A stretch of DNA of 63,898 nucleotides, counting the filler, from Patellaria atrata CBS 101060 (lineage: Eukaryota): NCBI GenBank assembly GCA_010093705.1. It is 7 parts of 6 records of this genome, joined end to end, with 100 filler letters (N's around TTAATTAATTAA, not from the genome) between each part and the next. Parts side by side here need not be neighbours in the genome. Positions count along the whole stretch, not along the records: positions 2,918 to 20,771 come from MU006125.1; positions 20,872 to 51,204 come from MU006126.1; 5 more parts are not named here. One strand, 5' to 3'. The position numbers and the translations under genes were made by a program. The notes under the pieces were generated by a model. The model did not search any database, was not told where the DNA came from, and worked only from the letters and a program-made list of their open reading frames with translations. Positions 13,542-26,726 of this stretch are shown piece after piece; the first letter of the stretch is position 1; every line of letters begins with the position of its first letter.

Positions 13542-15257
13542 ATGATCAAGGTGTGTACTCTTTCCTTGCGCAACTGTTCTCTGAAGTAAAATAAGTTGAC
13601 TGAGATTATCAGTTCTCGAGGAAGTCGAGGACTTCGAAGATACAAGGAGAAGGATCACGCCATAATTCGATTACCACGAAAGACATTACGGCCAAATTAG
13701 CCCCAAAAAAGGTACGACGTTCAGTGGAAAAGTATTTGCGCCATAATAGGACCTGGAGTTCCTAACGTATATTCACAGATTATTCGGGCACGATATGATT
13801 ACGCTCCTCCAGACTCCGACGGCTATCTGTCGTTCACGAAAGGAGAATTTCTTTCCGTAATCGGTCGTGAAAATGATGACAGTTGGTACGAGGTGTATAA
13901 CGAGAATGGAAAACGGGGTCTCGTCCCGGCGAGATACTTCGAAGATGTCCCGAAAACTGCTACTAGGGATAGTCGAGATTCGAATACTTTTCCTGCAAAG
14001 CTCACAGTCAGCCATGATTCGGGTATACAAGGTATCGAGCCGGAAAAACCGCCTGCAAAGCCGCACATTGCGGTCAAACTCTTGTATAATTTCAAAGCGG
14101 AACGATCAGACGAGTTGGAGGCCAGCGAAGGAGATGTGCTTATAGCTGAGGCGCAATCCGATCCAGAATGGTTTTTATGTAAAACGACATTCGGCGGTGG
14201 CGGACCGGGACTGGTACCTTCTTCATATGTGGAGATCTGGGACAAACAAGGTGTTCCTGTTCCTGACGCCGATCGCGCTGAGTTTATACGACAAGTTGGC
14301 CTTCGCACGATCGAAAAGTGGAAGGAGGATGCCCAACGGTTGAAGGACGGGGCTATCGATCTCCGCAAGGTCACCCCTTCGCAACCCGCCTATCCCGTCA
14401 AGGCGTCAGTGCCTCAATACTATTTTGCAGAAGACATATTTTGGTTCATCGTGGAGTGTCAGATGTCGGACGGCAGCTACTGGGCGCTCTCCCGAGTCTA
14501 TCAAGACTTTTATGATCTTCAGATCCTATTGATTCAGAGCTTTCCCGTAGAAGCTGGCGCCATTGAGGGAACGATACGTACGCTCCCTTATATGCCAGGA
14601 CCTGTTACCTATGTCACCGATGCTATCTCCAAGGGCCGTCGCGGAACTCTGAACGAGTACATCGAAAAGTTATTGGAGTTGGGCTTGCATATCGCCAATT
14701 CAGTCCACGTGAGAAATTTCTTCAAGCCCCGTGAATCGGATTACGAAATCGATCCAAATGTGGACGCTGGGAATAATTTCCGTGACTCCAACGCATCATT
14801 CCCGTCCTATCGCGGAGCCTCGCAAGATATGACTCCTCAAGGAAACCTGCCTCCAGACCAACATTACACCGAGTCTTCCACTATGCTCAATCACCCTACC
14901 ATTGGAACCTCTCAGCCGTACAATGGTCACTCCAGCTTCAGCACACCTGCATTCCAACCCCAATCAAGCACTCTGACACAGAACTCTTCCCAGTCCGCGC
15001 AGAGTACCACTAAGATCAAGGTTTGGTTTAGCGAAGAGAACTGTGTCATCATTCGCATGCCTGCAAACTTTAACTACAATGACCTCTACAAGAAGCTTAT
15101 CGAGCGCCGTAATATGGAAGAGCCGCATCATAATGGAAGGGCCCTGGTAGTCGAGTACAGGGATGAGATGGAGAACCAATACTTTACACTTACGGACGAC
15201 CAAGACCTAGAAATCGCAATGGAGAGAAACCCGAAGTTGACGCTTGTTGTCAGGTAG
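13542..15257 (+). CDS. BEM1: Polarity/NADPH-oxidase scaffold Bem1 (SH3-SH3-PX-PB1), 2 short 5' introns
   Basis: MIK / ..APKK / IIRARYDY..LSFTKGEF..GLVPARYF; LLYNFKAERSDEL..GGPGLVPSSYVEI; PX LSRVYQDFYDLQI..LPYMPGP; PB1 KIKVWF..YRDE. Confidence 0.93.
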
Positions 15258-16688
15258 GACCAACATCGACCGATTGTATAATAGTATCCTACCACCGTGA
15301 AACGTTTCAACATTATTTTATGGACTTATCCTCGATGCGAAGTACACTTTAGATCCCTTGCCATGGATCCAAGGAGAGTGTACTATACGATATCCCGAGC
15401 GTCCCGCGAATCTTTTCTGTTGTTGCACAGTTCCTGTATCCTAAGCGTTACTAATCTGGTTCGTTTTTTATAGTCGTCTGATCAAAGTTGGTAATGGTTC
15501 GAAGTAGAAGAGGAATCCTTTTCGTCTGCACGTGATTGGCACCATGCTCATCTGCCTACGTTAGGGACGTCCTCATCCTGGAGCCAAGTCTTGAGGCCGC
15601 TGAAGACTTTCCGTACAGTACATGGGGCGTTTTCTACTGTTCCGGTGCGCTACTTTGGACGCCATGCTCATGTTTATGGTAGGAGTATAGGGGTTGATGG
15701 GCGTTCTCTATCCAGGTTGATCTGCATCGTATGATGTTATTGAATGAATGAGCGGCAGAATCGGATTGTGTGCATCTTATGAAAAGGGCCAGATCTTTGT
15801 CTCTTTTCTTAATCATCAAAGGAATGGATATACGTGCCTCTGGGAATTTCTCAGGTCATCTCATTGTGAAATTGACTGCTAGCTCTCTCAGGTCGTAGTT
15901 TCCCTTTGTTCTTATCAGTCCATCCGGTGTATCTTTTCTCTCCTAATCTGTACGGAAGCGTGATATGGGATGGAGAGAAGTGATCGGTATCACGGTCGGA
16001 AGCGGGTAGTGGTTCATTCGTGGTGTATTCCAGAGGAAACTCGTGCTGTCTATTTTATTCATCGCTTGCAATATCCTGTTACTTTGGTCTTCCTATTAAA
16101 TGTACTCGGTTCTTTGTTCGTATCGTACACTGGCTTAGCACTCGTTTTTCTACGAGTCGTTAGCGTACCCGTCTCATTATGTCTTCGTTTCAAATATGAG
16201 CCAATCTTATGTCGGAAAAGAGAACCTCTTGGATGATTAATGGGGTGTATTTTTCAGCTGAACCGTGTCTGTAAGATGCGCTAACGACTCATAGAAAATC
16301 GGCTGCTGTTTGCTATAGCGGTGACTTCCAGTGAGGGGAGGAGTGAGCAGTTGACAAACCTGAAAAGTTAATATAGAGATTACTTCCATTTCTGGATTGG
16401 ATTACTCAGGTTTATAGATATAGGTTAGGTACTGGTTACTTCATGTATTGGTTTCTTTTGCACACAGATAAATGAGAAATAGTAAAATTAAGTTCCGTTA
16501 TCCCAGCGATCACCGTGGATAAACAATAGACTATTAATTGGATAAAATATAACCCAACACCGCGGTCAAAGCCTCAAAAGATGTTGAGCAAGCTAATCAC
16601 GCTTGCTCATCCTTCCTCTCTTACATGAGAATCAAAAAGAGAAAGCTACCATGATCAAAAGACTGAGTAGTGAATTTGCAAAAAATGA

Positions 16689-16781
16689 TTCCGTTGCGGG
16701 GAATCGAACCCCGGCCTTGTCGGAACTATATCACTAGAGGTGAATGAGAGCGACAAATCCTAGCCACTAGACCACAACGGA
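16689..16781 (-). tRNA. tRNA-Glu(CTC) with intron
   Basis: Minus strand TCCGTTGTGGTCTAGTGGCTAGGATTTGTCGCT-CTC-A[intron]CCGACAAGGCCGGGGTTCGATTCCCCGCAACGGAA; acceptor stem, A/B boxes, downstream T-tract. Confidence 0.95.
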
Positions 16782-17209
16782 GATGACATGTCTTTTTCCA
16801 AGTTTTATGCAGCTTATACCCCGCCAACAAATCATACGCCGCATATTCTCCGGTCTTCGCTCTTCGCTAACCTCCTCCCCTTTTAGTTTTCAGTTTCCCG
16901 TATTTCATAAGTTTTTTACACGATTCTTCAAACTCCATTCTTACATTAATCATAGAATAACCGCGTAAGGCCACTAATGCTTTAACTTTCTTCCAACAGC
17001 GCCTAGAATCTATACATGGAACTAGAGCAATTCTTAGGAAGGATGGGGGTGCCCACTTCGCCCTCGCTGTGTCTCTCTATCGCGTTTCCTCGTCTCCTTA
17101 ACTTTCTTACCTTATATTCTGATAATATCCGTTGAAGTTCTCTTTATTTTACTCCTTTCTATCGTTTCTTCCTTTATCTTTATTCATCTGCTCAAGTGTG
17201 TTACCTAAC

Positions 17210-19834
17210 ATGGACGACGAGGATAATTTTATCAACGAGATCCTCAGGACGGAAGCTGCGAACGACGATAACGTACAGCCCGTTATTCGTCCTTACTTGA
17301 AGGAGAAGTTCGACCTTCTTCACCGTCGATTTTAACAGTACATTCTTGTTCTAAGTTATAGTTTCTACAGCTGATATATAGAATAGATATGCTGTTCAAT
17401 ATCTACCGAACACGCGCCATGTAGATGTACCTCTCTCGGAAGTTCCTACACTTTCACAAATAAAGGCTTTTCTACATTTCTGGGTTCGAAATACTCGGGG
17501 CAAAATCGAATAGAAAGTCACCATCCGTACTTTAGAAAGGGTATAGAGAGAGATACAACTACTCCTTTTCCTTAAGCATAACTATAAATTTGGACGGAAA
17601 GAAATCGACTTAATCACCGACTATATTCACATAGATATTCGAGAAAGATTAGGGGCATCAAGTAAATGTCAACCGAAACCTGTGGCATCGTATCCCGTCA
17701 CGAAGGATCTACTCGAGTATTCATGGAAATTCGATACCTTCGAGTACGCACACCCTCGCTGTCGGATCTAGCTTCACTTTATAATTCTTCTACTCAGTGA
17801 TTTAGGCCTCCGCCCTGGCGAACTAATCGAGTCGAGATGCTGGCCAGAGAGCAATAAGGGTTTACATTACAAAGACATCACTCTCACTAAGTCTATGACT
17901 GCGTCCAAAGGAGCAATTTGGACCATAAGTGTGGCAGTTCGCAATCAGAAGGGTCGTAGGTTCAAACCAGATAGGTAATCTTGCCAGGTCCTAAACATAG
18001 TTCGTAAATGCCTATGAGCTAACAACTTGAGTAGCCTAGAGATTACTCTAACTCCAATGGCCGATAAAGCGACTTGCGTCTTCACACATTTCTTAGCTCT
18101 AGCGATTGCGGATCAAGCTTATTCTACGCTTCCTGATCTAGCGGCCTTTAATACGATCTAGGTTCCGGCCTCCCGAGCCGTAATTACCTTAGAAGCTAAA
18201 CCTGAAATGAGGGATATTCCTATCGTACGAGCTGTTACACCGTCCGGCCTCATATCAGAGACGCAGATTTTGAAACACAAAAGCTGTGGAGGGCAACTCC
18301 GAGCCCTTAGGGAAAGAGCAGGATATAAAGACCCCATATCCGCGTACTACTTTAGACGTGGTTTCGCAAATAAGCTTGATCAAGCCGCAACTACAGCCCA
18401 AAGGAGATAACGCATGGGACATACAAATGATAACACCTTTCAGGCCTATATTTCCCGAAAGTCGGTAGTGGATGGCCAATCGATCATGCGTGGTTTGCCT
18501 CAGCGCGCAAAACTTTTCGATTTCTCAAGAACAATGCTTCTAGAGAGGGATGTTAACGCACCACCACCCCACGGCGCCGACCTGACGGCCCCGAGACGTA
18601 GGCCTATCGCGATACCTACCGTGACCACCGCCGAAAGGAGGCGTGCAGATATTAGTCGCATGCGCCGAGACCAATTCCGTGAGGCTCGTTCAGCCCATTT
18701 CAATTGCATCCCTTAGTCGGATATGGTTCAAGATGACCACCAGTTTGATGGGGATATTGAAGCTTCGGATATACTTCTCCCTTCACGAACGGAGCATATA
18801 CTTATGCAGACAGTTTTGAGATACGAGCCTCAACGGGCTAAGCTTATCGATGTCTTATATAACTTAAACGGGGCTCCTCTTGTTGCTGAGAGGTCTATAC
18901 TCGAACCGATGATACTGATGTCTTCTCCCTCATACGGAGGTGTATGGTACCCTGAGGCGAAGCCTAATGAGAAGGGTGATTGTCCGAACTGCGATACGGA
19001 TTTGGCAAGGTGAAATTTCTCTCCTACACGCCAATAGCACGCGAAAACTAATCAAGCTATGATAGCGCTGGAAAAGCGCGAAAGAGTAAGCACTTACTCT
19101 TATGTGCTCGGCAAAAGCGTATTGCCCAAAAGATAGAGGCACTGGACCTTATCACACGAGCTCACGTGTCCTGGTGTAGGTGGGGAGACGGAAAGAAATG
19201 CGACAAGGATCTCAAAGCCTGTTCGGGAAAAGAGGTCGCGAAACATATAACAGGTCACTTAAAGAATTCCTGTCAGAACGTATATCTTTGGGAAAACTGT
19301 CAAGGAAAAGGGTTCATCGGGTATGAATTAGCTGCCCACTTGACAACTAAGCACTATGTTCCGAACGATTTAACAATACCGGATCGACAGTACTTCTACT
19401 ACAGTTGCGCAGGATATGTTGATAATAAAATAGTCTGGGAGGCGCACTGTTACTCACACCTGGAAAACCTTGGACTATTCTGCGGAGTAATAACAATTCA
19501 TAGTATAGTTATTCAGGCCGGCACCTGTCCGTTCTGTATAGGGACTAAAGGAGCAGCTGCGAAGCGATATCGTCAGTTTCCCGATGTGCATACTCTTCAT
19601 AGGTATATCGACGCGCATATTAATGAAAAACTACGGAGTCGTGTATTATCCTTTCCTTGTCCTCATCCTCGCTGCTTTTATAACTCAGGTTCCGCTGTCT
19701 TATTTTCTTCCAGAGAGGATTTCTGGGAACATTTGTTCGATGTCCACAGAGTACAGCCGACGGAGCCTCAAAAAAGGCCTGGGGGGATTGTAGCACAGGA
19801 TATAGAAGTTGGACATGTAATGAGGCAGGTCTAA
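17210..19834 (+). pseudogene. Starship captain-type tyrosine recombinase (DUF3435-like) with Cys/His-rich C-terminal extension; RIP-inactivated
   Basis: Tyr-recombinase motifs LGLRPGELIES..GLHYKDI, VRNQKG, HFLALAIADQA, AGYKDPISAYYFRRGFANKL, MGH..TFQAYIS; several introns; multiple in-frame TAA/TAG consistent with C>T. Confidence 0.85.
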
Positions 19835-19850
19835 TCGTAAGAAAGGAGTT

Positions 19851-20010
19851 AGCAAGTTATATCGTTAACTTGAAGTGCAAACATTTACGTTTTCTATCAT
19901 TAGCTAAACCCCCCATCCAAAGGGAGGATCACGTTAGTGAGAAACCTTGCGCGTTTCTAGACTTACCAAGTTCCGTCTTAGTGAGGTGAGTATAGACTCC
20001 CGTTAACAAC
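19851..20010 (+). repeat. Non-coding element R2, copy 1 (immediately after captain stop)
   Basis: agcaagttatatcgttaacttgaagt..agtgagaaaccttgcgcgt..agtatagactcccgt matches reverse complement of 53979-54139. Confidence 0.8.
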
Positions 20011-20345
20011 GACCTAGACTTGTTAAGTTCCATATCTACTAGTATAGACTCTATTAAAGTCTCGTTCACAAGACCACCTCCCTTTAACACAAGGTTACCT
20101 TTGTCCTATTCTACACCGTATACTGCCATATCTTGTCACTATAGTTTATTCAGTTGCTGCAACCAGCTTTTCATGCCGTAACCGGTTAACCGTTTGCGGA
20201 CAGTACTTGTTTAGTCCATCTGGCTTTGTGACTGACCATCTGAGCTGGTTAGTGAGTGACAGTCTAGGCGGGCCGGGACCAGAATTATAATAATATTATA
20301 ATTTCAAATCGAACTTTTGTAATTTAATATAAATACAAGGTCAAC

Positions 20346-20771
20346 TTAAGAGGAGGTGGGTGGGGTGGAGGTAAGAGCTTTAATCCCAAGCAAAGTGATA
20401 AAGCCTGATGCATGACCTAGTACAAGAAGACCATCCCTGAAATCCTCTATGGGTGCTCGAAAATCCGGCGGGAGCCAAATAAGTTTTTCCATTTTATCAT
20501 TACATACCCAGTCTTGTTGAACGAAGGGACCAGATGAACACACCTGTGGTGGTAAAAAACTTGAGCTAGTAGGATAAATACTAATCCTTCCTCTATTCGT
20601 ATCCAGATAATATCCATTTAAGGAGAACTTAAGGTGCTTAATATCCTCACCTACATTAATAACATTTTGGTTAGTTCCCGTCTTCGAGTCCCAGAGCCTG
20701 ACGGTGCGGTCGTGTGATGCCGATGCCACGACCTGGCCGTCCGGCGAGAACGCTACGGCGTTGATCCAGCT
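20346..20771 (-). CDS. C-terminus of a WD40-repeat NLR (NACHT-WD/HET-E-like); 5' part lost in gap
   Basis: WINAVAFSPDGQVVASASHDRTVRLWDSKTG; LKFSLNGYYLDTNRG; WLPPDFR..LVLGHASGFIT terminal motif. Confidence 0.85.
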   Translation of the reverse strand, partial: SWINAVAFSPDGQVVASASHDRTVRLWDSKTGTNQNVINVGEDIKHLKFSLNGYYLDTNRGRISIYPTSSSFLPPQVCSSGPFVQQDWVCNDKMEKLIWLPPDFRAPIEDFRDGLLVLGHASGFITLLGIKALTSTPPTSS

Positions 20772-20871
20772 NNNNNNNNNNNNNNNNNNNNNNNNNNNNN
20801 NNNNNNNNNNNNNNNTTAATTAATTAANNNNNNNNNNNNNNNNNNNNNNNNNNNNNNNNNNNNNNNNNNNN

Positions 20872-21244
20872 TGGCAGATCGTCTTGATGAGTCGGCTTCA
20901 GGTCTGATGTCAGATAGCTGATCCCCGATAGCCTTATGTTGGAAGATCGTCAGGATCTCCAGGAGTTCGTGTTGGAGATCTTCAGAGCTAAATGCTCAGC
21001 TCCGACTTATCGGTTAAGTATCACCAAAACTATAACATTAGCTCACTCTTTTGATGTCATCTCTTATTTTATATCTGACGTAGGTAGTATCGTTATGTTC
21101 GCCTTGATTTGGAGATTACGTAGCTAGGCTTCGTGACGTCAAAGGGTTAATCAATAAGGTGGTCTGTCATTATATAAACACTAGATAGAATCCGTAGTTG
21201 TACGGAGAAGGAAGCGACTACATTCAGTTACCCACAATCTCACA
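20872..21244. mobile_element. LTR (family B), partial, ending ..AATCTCACA
   Basis: Reverse complement of 59285-59495 and 61729-61912. Confidence 0.8.
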
Positions 21245-21499
21245 GAAACGTAATCGCGAGGACAGATTACCAAGAAACGCAGATATCACGGGAATAACTT
21301 GGAAATTTTGAGTGGGAAAGATCCGGGTCTCCATTCTCTAATTGGTCAAAGCATCATCTTTTCTCTCTCCGCTATTGCTTCCCCATAGTATAAGTATGAA
21401 AAATATTCCTGGAACCATAATGTAATGCTTGTCTCATTGAATGGATATCTATAAGATCAACTATATATATACTGTACTTCATCTATATCCTCCTCGGCA

Positions 21500-22428
21500 A
21501 ATTCATCATCTCCTAGAAGTCTAGTATATCGGACTTATTTCTAGTTGTTTGTAAGCCGGATGAAGGCCGAGTCTCCGCTGGCTTGACCCCTCTTTTAATC
21601 ATAATCATGACGAAGGAAATGGCCTGGCAAAGCTGTACGAGGTTTAACACCTAACAGTGTCAGCTAGTGTTTATAGATTATAGGGTATTGTCCTACTATA
21701 TAGATAATATGAGTAGCTTTCATTACTCTTATATCTTTATTTGCAAGCATGATAGTAATAACAAGCGTTCCGGTGAGTAAAAGGGCCACAGTTGACGCTT
21801 TATAGGCTATGAGACAGGATACCCATCTGCGAAGCGGTTTACTCGAGGTATTGTGAGTAAAGCCGAACATAGGGATTATAATATAGCTAATTTGGCAGGC
21901 TAAAGCTAGTAAAGCAAAGGACTCTAAGATAGTGTTAATCTTAGTTATTCTCGTATCATTTCTAGAGTACTATCAGTAGTGAACGGTTTATTTCGAGCAA
22001 TAAGCGTACGGTACGAAGAGTATTCCTTGCAGGATGCTAAGTACTGGGACGATGCTTTGGATCCACGCGGGCGATAAAGCTTCATGGACTATATAAAAAT
22101 TAATACGTGTTAAACAAGTCCACAACATTTTACTTACATGTATGAGAAATCGACATAGGAATGCCCATTTCAATACTAGGAGTATACATCGACCAGACAC
22201 TGATTGACCAATTACGTCTATCCACGAAAAAATAATTAAGCAAGATTGTGCAATAATCACCGATAGACTAAAGATAAAGGAAAATGTACTAATAAGTGCT
22301 AGTACTTGATCCCGAGAGAAGACTGCACGTCTATTCACCGGTGTAAAACCGAATAGAAGGATATCATATAGAAGGACGATAGACGAGAGCGCGAAAACAG
22401 AGGTATCAAGAGCTAAGAATTCCGCCAT
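21500..22428 (-). pseudogene. Multi-pass membrane protein, RIP-degraded
   Basis: Hydrophobic ORFs 21988-22428 and 21664-21870 separated by stops; 3' end approximate. Confidence 0.5.
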
Positions 22429-22767
22429 ATGGGAACAGGTAGAATAAAGAAAGGAGGCAATAAAGCGTCGAGGTATAGACTAAGTAACCCTTTACGCATA
22501 AGCGGCTCTTTAAATATAAACGGACTGAGCTAGTTGTCCGTCGCTTCAGAGTTCTGGCTTCTTATCCGCGCGATATTGTACCATATTTGCTGTTTGAGGC
22601 GTTGATGCTGGCCAACATTAACACGCCTTCACACCACAACGTCGTCTCACGAGCCTTCCGCAGCATCCCTTCCGTATTTGCTGACGGAGGTCCAAGTCAC
22701 TCTGGGTTTCAGCGATAGCCAGTGGTAAGAATCCCTGGTAATCAACTGTCATTGATAGTTTAATTCC

Positions 22768-24600
22768 CTAGAATAACTTGCTACAGCAAATCAGCTGGGA
22801 AAAGGTTGGCCACTCTGTTTTGACGCCACTGATATTTGGTGTAGTTTTTGCAATTAGCGCATACTTAGATTTATAGAGTGAGGAGATGCGCAATAGAATT
22901 GTTGTATTAGATCGAGATTTATCCCCTGTTCTACTCCTACCATGTAACTCCATCAAAGTAACGATTTAAGATGATGAGTATAGTTCATCCATCAGCTCGG
23001 CAGTATTGATCGAACCAGCAAAAACAGAGCAGAAGGTTCTGCGGCCTATAGTATTAAGGATCTTGTGAAATTGCACTTATTTTTGCTATCGCCAGGGAAA
23101 TATGTGCGATTACCCATTAAATCGATCTACAAGAATATATTTTTATGTACTAATCGAAGTCTAATACAATCCTCCTCAACTAGACACATGTCATTGGGAT
23201 ACAGCCCACGGAGGCATACGCGTTGGCTGTTGCTTAACAGAACTTGTTTATTTAAACAGCTCGTGAGTTCTGTAACGTGCTTCTCCGGACTAGAGTCAAT
23301 AGGTCGAATGGTAGCAATATATGACTGGATGTCCCTGAAAATATTTTGACCCTTGCACGTGAGGTTGTTTGAAGCGTATCGACGCCAGTTGGAGTGGTAG
23401 GTAGAACTAGGACCATAGATATCCTCAGTTAAAATGTTGACGAGTCGAATCAAGGTGATGACTTTGCCTCTACTCGGGAAGTAAGATAGTAACGTGTTTG
23501 GAAGGAGAATCGGGAATAATAGCCTAGTCTGACGTCCTAGTACTCTTATATGATGCTGAACAACACGACAAATTTTGCTAGAAGAGATGTTACTAGGACA
23601 CCAAGTCTGCTCCGAAAGGCTGGATGCGGAAGTCGATACGAATTCCTCATCGGAGGGTGGATGTTTCTGCGTGTGGTGCTCCGGTGTCCGTTCGACCTCC
23701 ATGTATTCTAGTGTGGTAGAGACTTCATCGAGAGACGCTGGCATGCTTGCAGCATCCAAGTCTAGTAATGAATCATCAGCCAAAAAAGGATGAGACGCTC
23801 GTGAAGGGCCGTTATGCTGGGTGCGGAAAGGGTCAAGTATCGGCCGCGCCTCGATTGTAGGAGTTTGCACTTCGCTGTACCCATTCCTCGCGCCCGGCAG
23901 ATCCATCCAGGTCTTAGTCAGTTGGTGGGAAGAAAATTGTTGGTTTGAAGCTGTCCACGAAGATTCTGTTGGTGCTGCTCCACTTGGATGATTAAGTTGC
24001 TCAGTATGCATAAGCTTGCCCGGAGGTATGCTTAGCGCGCAGCTGATGGGAATCGAATAACCTGACGCATCGTCTTCCATAGGCACGTAAGGTGAAGGTA
24101 GGATTTCTTGTATAGAGTAGGATGTAGTATTTTGGGTTCCATCCTTGGAAATAAACAAGTCAGATTAGCTCTATGAAGATGGAAGATACATACTTCTAGG
24201 TTGGTTATTAAGGTTTATGTGGGGAGCTGGTGAAGAGCTGGGGACCTCTTCTACTGTACGTCGTGTTGCGCCTGTTTACGCCGTTGTGGAAGGGTTTGCT
24301 TGGAAACCTTCTGGTTCCCGAAACCCTTCTTATCAGGCCGCCTCCGCTTGGGGGTGCCGCTCTGACGTTCGAAATTTGACCAGCCATGAACGCGACGCAT
24401 GTGTTCATCGCAAAGGGATCGTCGGCGAAACCCCTCATATTCCTTAGATCGCTCACAATTGAGATACGGGCATAGATAGACACCCACACCGTGAATCTCC
24501 CTGTCATGACGGAGAAGAGAAGAACGCGATGCAAAGCGGGTCTTCTCGCACGACGCGGCCTTCTCATAACGATATGGCTTTATGTGACATTCTAGGTACT
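22768..24600 (-). pseudogene. C2H2 zinc-finger protein with long C-terminal region; probably disrupted
   Basis: HIKPYRYEKAASCEKTRFASRSLLRHDREIH and YLCPYLNCERS..GFRRRSLCDEHMRRVHGW fingers, followed by 343-aa ORF; exon structure uncertain. Confidence 0.55.
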
Positions 24601-25508
24601 TGCTACACGATAATTAGGCTATTATGCATAAAGACGAAGATGTGACGATTTACATGTATAAATAACTGTACTAGGTTGGTTTGTGGTTACAGTTCTCTTT
24701 TTCCTTAAAGGGGCAGCAGTATTCACCATTATCATTTAGCTTAGCTTTATATAGTAGGTCGCTAGAACCTTCATCCATCCGTTCTAGGGTGAATTTTTCT
24801 TCTTTCATAGACTTTTCGCCATCTTGGAGGCCAATTGTTGGTTGGTAAAGAGGAATAGTGAGTTTTTGGTTGAACTGTCGATCCGTATGATTCTCAAGTA
24901 GTCTGATTGGAATGACCTGAGAGGCCTATACCTTTAGATGTAGGTGTGGAGCTTGGTTCCGACTGTCGTTGTACGAGACCTTGTAAAAATGCAACAGGTG
25001 AGGGACGTCGTCGAGCGTGTTGAGAGCAATATATTATTAGCATGATTCCCCCTGGGTATCATTCTAAGTCATCCTTGGATTTCAATGAGGCGTCGCCTAA
25101 GACGCCCATCATGAACTTGCTATACCTGATAGTTCTTCGAATAGCGGACATTGCTAGTCCTGGCGGGCTGCGGTAGAGCTTCCTATAGGTGACTCCGTTC
25201 AACGGCACGTCCTTCGGGATTATAGACTTGCGAATAGCGCTAATAAGGCTGTAGATAGAAAGCAAGGTATCACGGCAAATGAGTATATGTCCAGGGGTGC
25301 TAGGGCATCTCTCCATGCTGCGGGAAGCAGGGGTCACTTGATAGTAAACTTTAGCCAATAAAATTTAGAATCTTGTATATCACCTTCAAGACTTTAGATC
25401 TTATTGGCTGTAGTTGTCTCGTGCGAAGCGTTTCCTAATCCATCTAGAGCGAACCACCTTAAGCCTGTCATGCCCTAAGTTCCTCTCCTTCTCTCTTCAC
25501 TTTTTCAA

Positions 25509-26430
25509 ATGGATTACCTCCCAGCGGTCGGAGATGCTCTCTGCAATGCTACTGATCAAGATATCCAACGATATGTCTGCACGATTGAACGATTTAAATT
25601 CGATCAAGCGATTCAAAAGCTCAGATGCCTTGCCAGAAAATTGGATAAGGCACCTCCAACTCCCAATCCTCCCCCAGAAACCAATGAGTTAGCTGAGGCA
25701 TTAGTGAGAAGACTCCCAGAGCTTAAGAATTTCTTCTCCGAGAAGACTGAAATCGCGGTTGGACAGCCACCATGGAAAGTGGACGACTACCGTCCAACTA
25801 ATATTCGCCTTGTTGATGGTAGAGCTCGTAAGAAGACACTTCAAGCTGAGCTGCGGAGAGCGCTTGCGGAACGGAGTCTTGCGGTCAATTTTGATGCATG
25901 GAATCCATATGGGCTTAAAGAGATTGTCAAAACCAAATCTTTTGAGGTTCGGAAAACCCGCCAAGGTTCCGTCCGTGACTTTGTTAGAAAATGGTATCGA
26001 GAGTGTATATAGATGCAAGCCCATCGGGGTCGAATAATGGGAGACTTAGGCTTCCGGCAATCTTAAAGACTTTACATTTCGATAGACTTTATAAACTGTT
26101 ATTAGCTAAGTACTTCATTCTATACTAGAGTAGCATACCAAAATTGCCCTCAAACGTCCAAGACGAGTGTCTAGCTCTGGATCGCCGCATAAGTAGACTC
26201 CTTTTAGACCTTCCACTTCTTTCCAATATTCTGAAGTCTTAAGCCACGCAACAAACTCTTGCGTTGCAGCAGATCGGTCGTCTGACCCCATTATCACGAT
26301 AACAAATCACGGAGATGATGTTCGGGGACTTCCCGAGGAGGCTGCGGTATTGCTGTGTGTATAAGATTCTCTAAAAGCGTTTACCCGAGGACGACAAGGA
26401 CTACAAGAAATATAAGAGATACCTTAAGGT
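25509..26430 (+). pseudogene. Hypothetical protein, interrupted after 167 aa
   Basis: ATG ORF 25509-26012, then stops; protein-like composition continues; no family recognised. Confidence 0.4.
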
Positions 26431-26726
26431 AAGTTATTAGTTACTTTGGTTCGTTTGGAGGTATGAGACTTTCGCCAAGTGGGCCGATGCGCCAAGGGCC
26501 AATGGGAGGGAGGTAGTTGGGGCTGAGCTTAATTGAACGGCCTCCAGCATTTATTTAGCTCGAGATGTTCTCAAGGATATTCTAATTTTTCGTTCAGAGT
26601 TCAGATATCGAGAAAGCGAACGATAAGCTGTAGGGTGCGCTAATCACCGTAGATTCTTGATTGCTATAAACTTCTAAAATCAAAGATAAAGCTATAAAGC
26701 TATGTGCGAGCCTGGCTAGGTCCTTT

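Larger units (their letters stand above)
16938..20771 (+). mobile_element. Left end of a probable Starship giant transposon (extent beyond the gap unresolved; cargo-like DNA continues to ~61 kb)
   Basis: Captain is the first gene after core genes; TTCTTAC at 16938-16944 is a candidate boundary; NLR fragment follows. Confidence 0.65.

Noticed and set aside
20097..20145. Weak similarity to reverse complement of 54166-54212
   Set aside because: Short, gapped and on the opposite side of R2; not distinguishable from chance by eye
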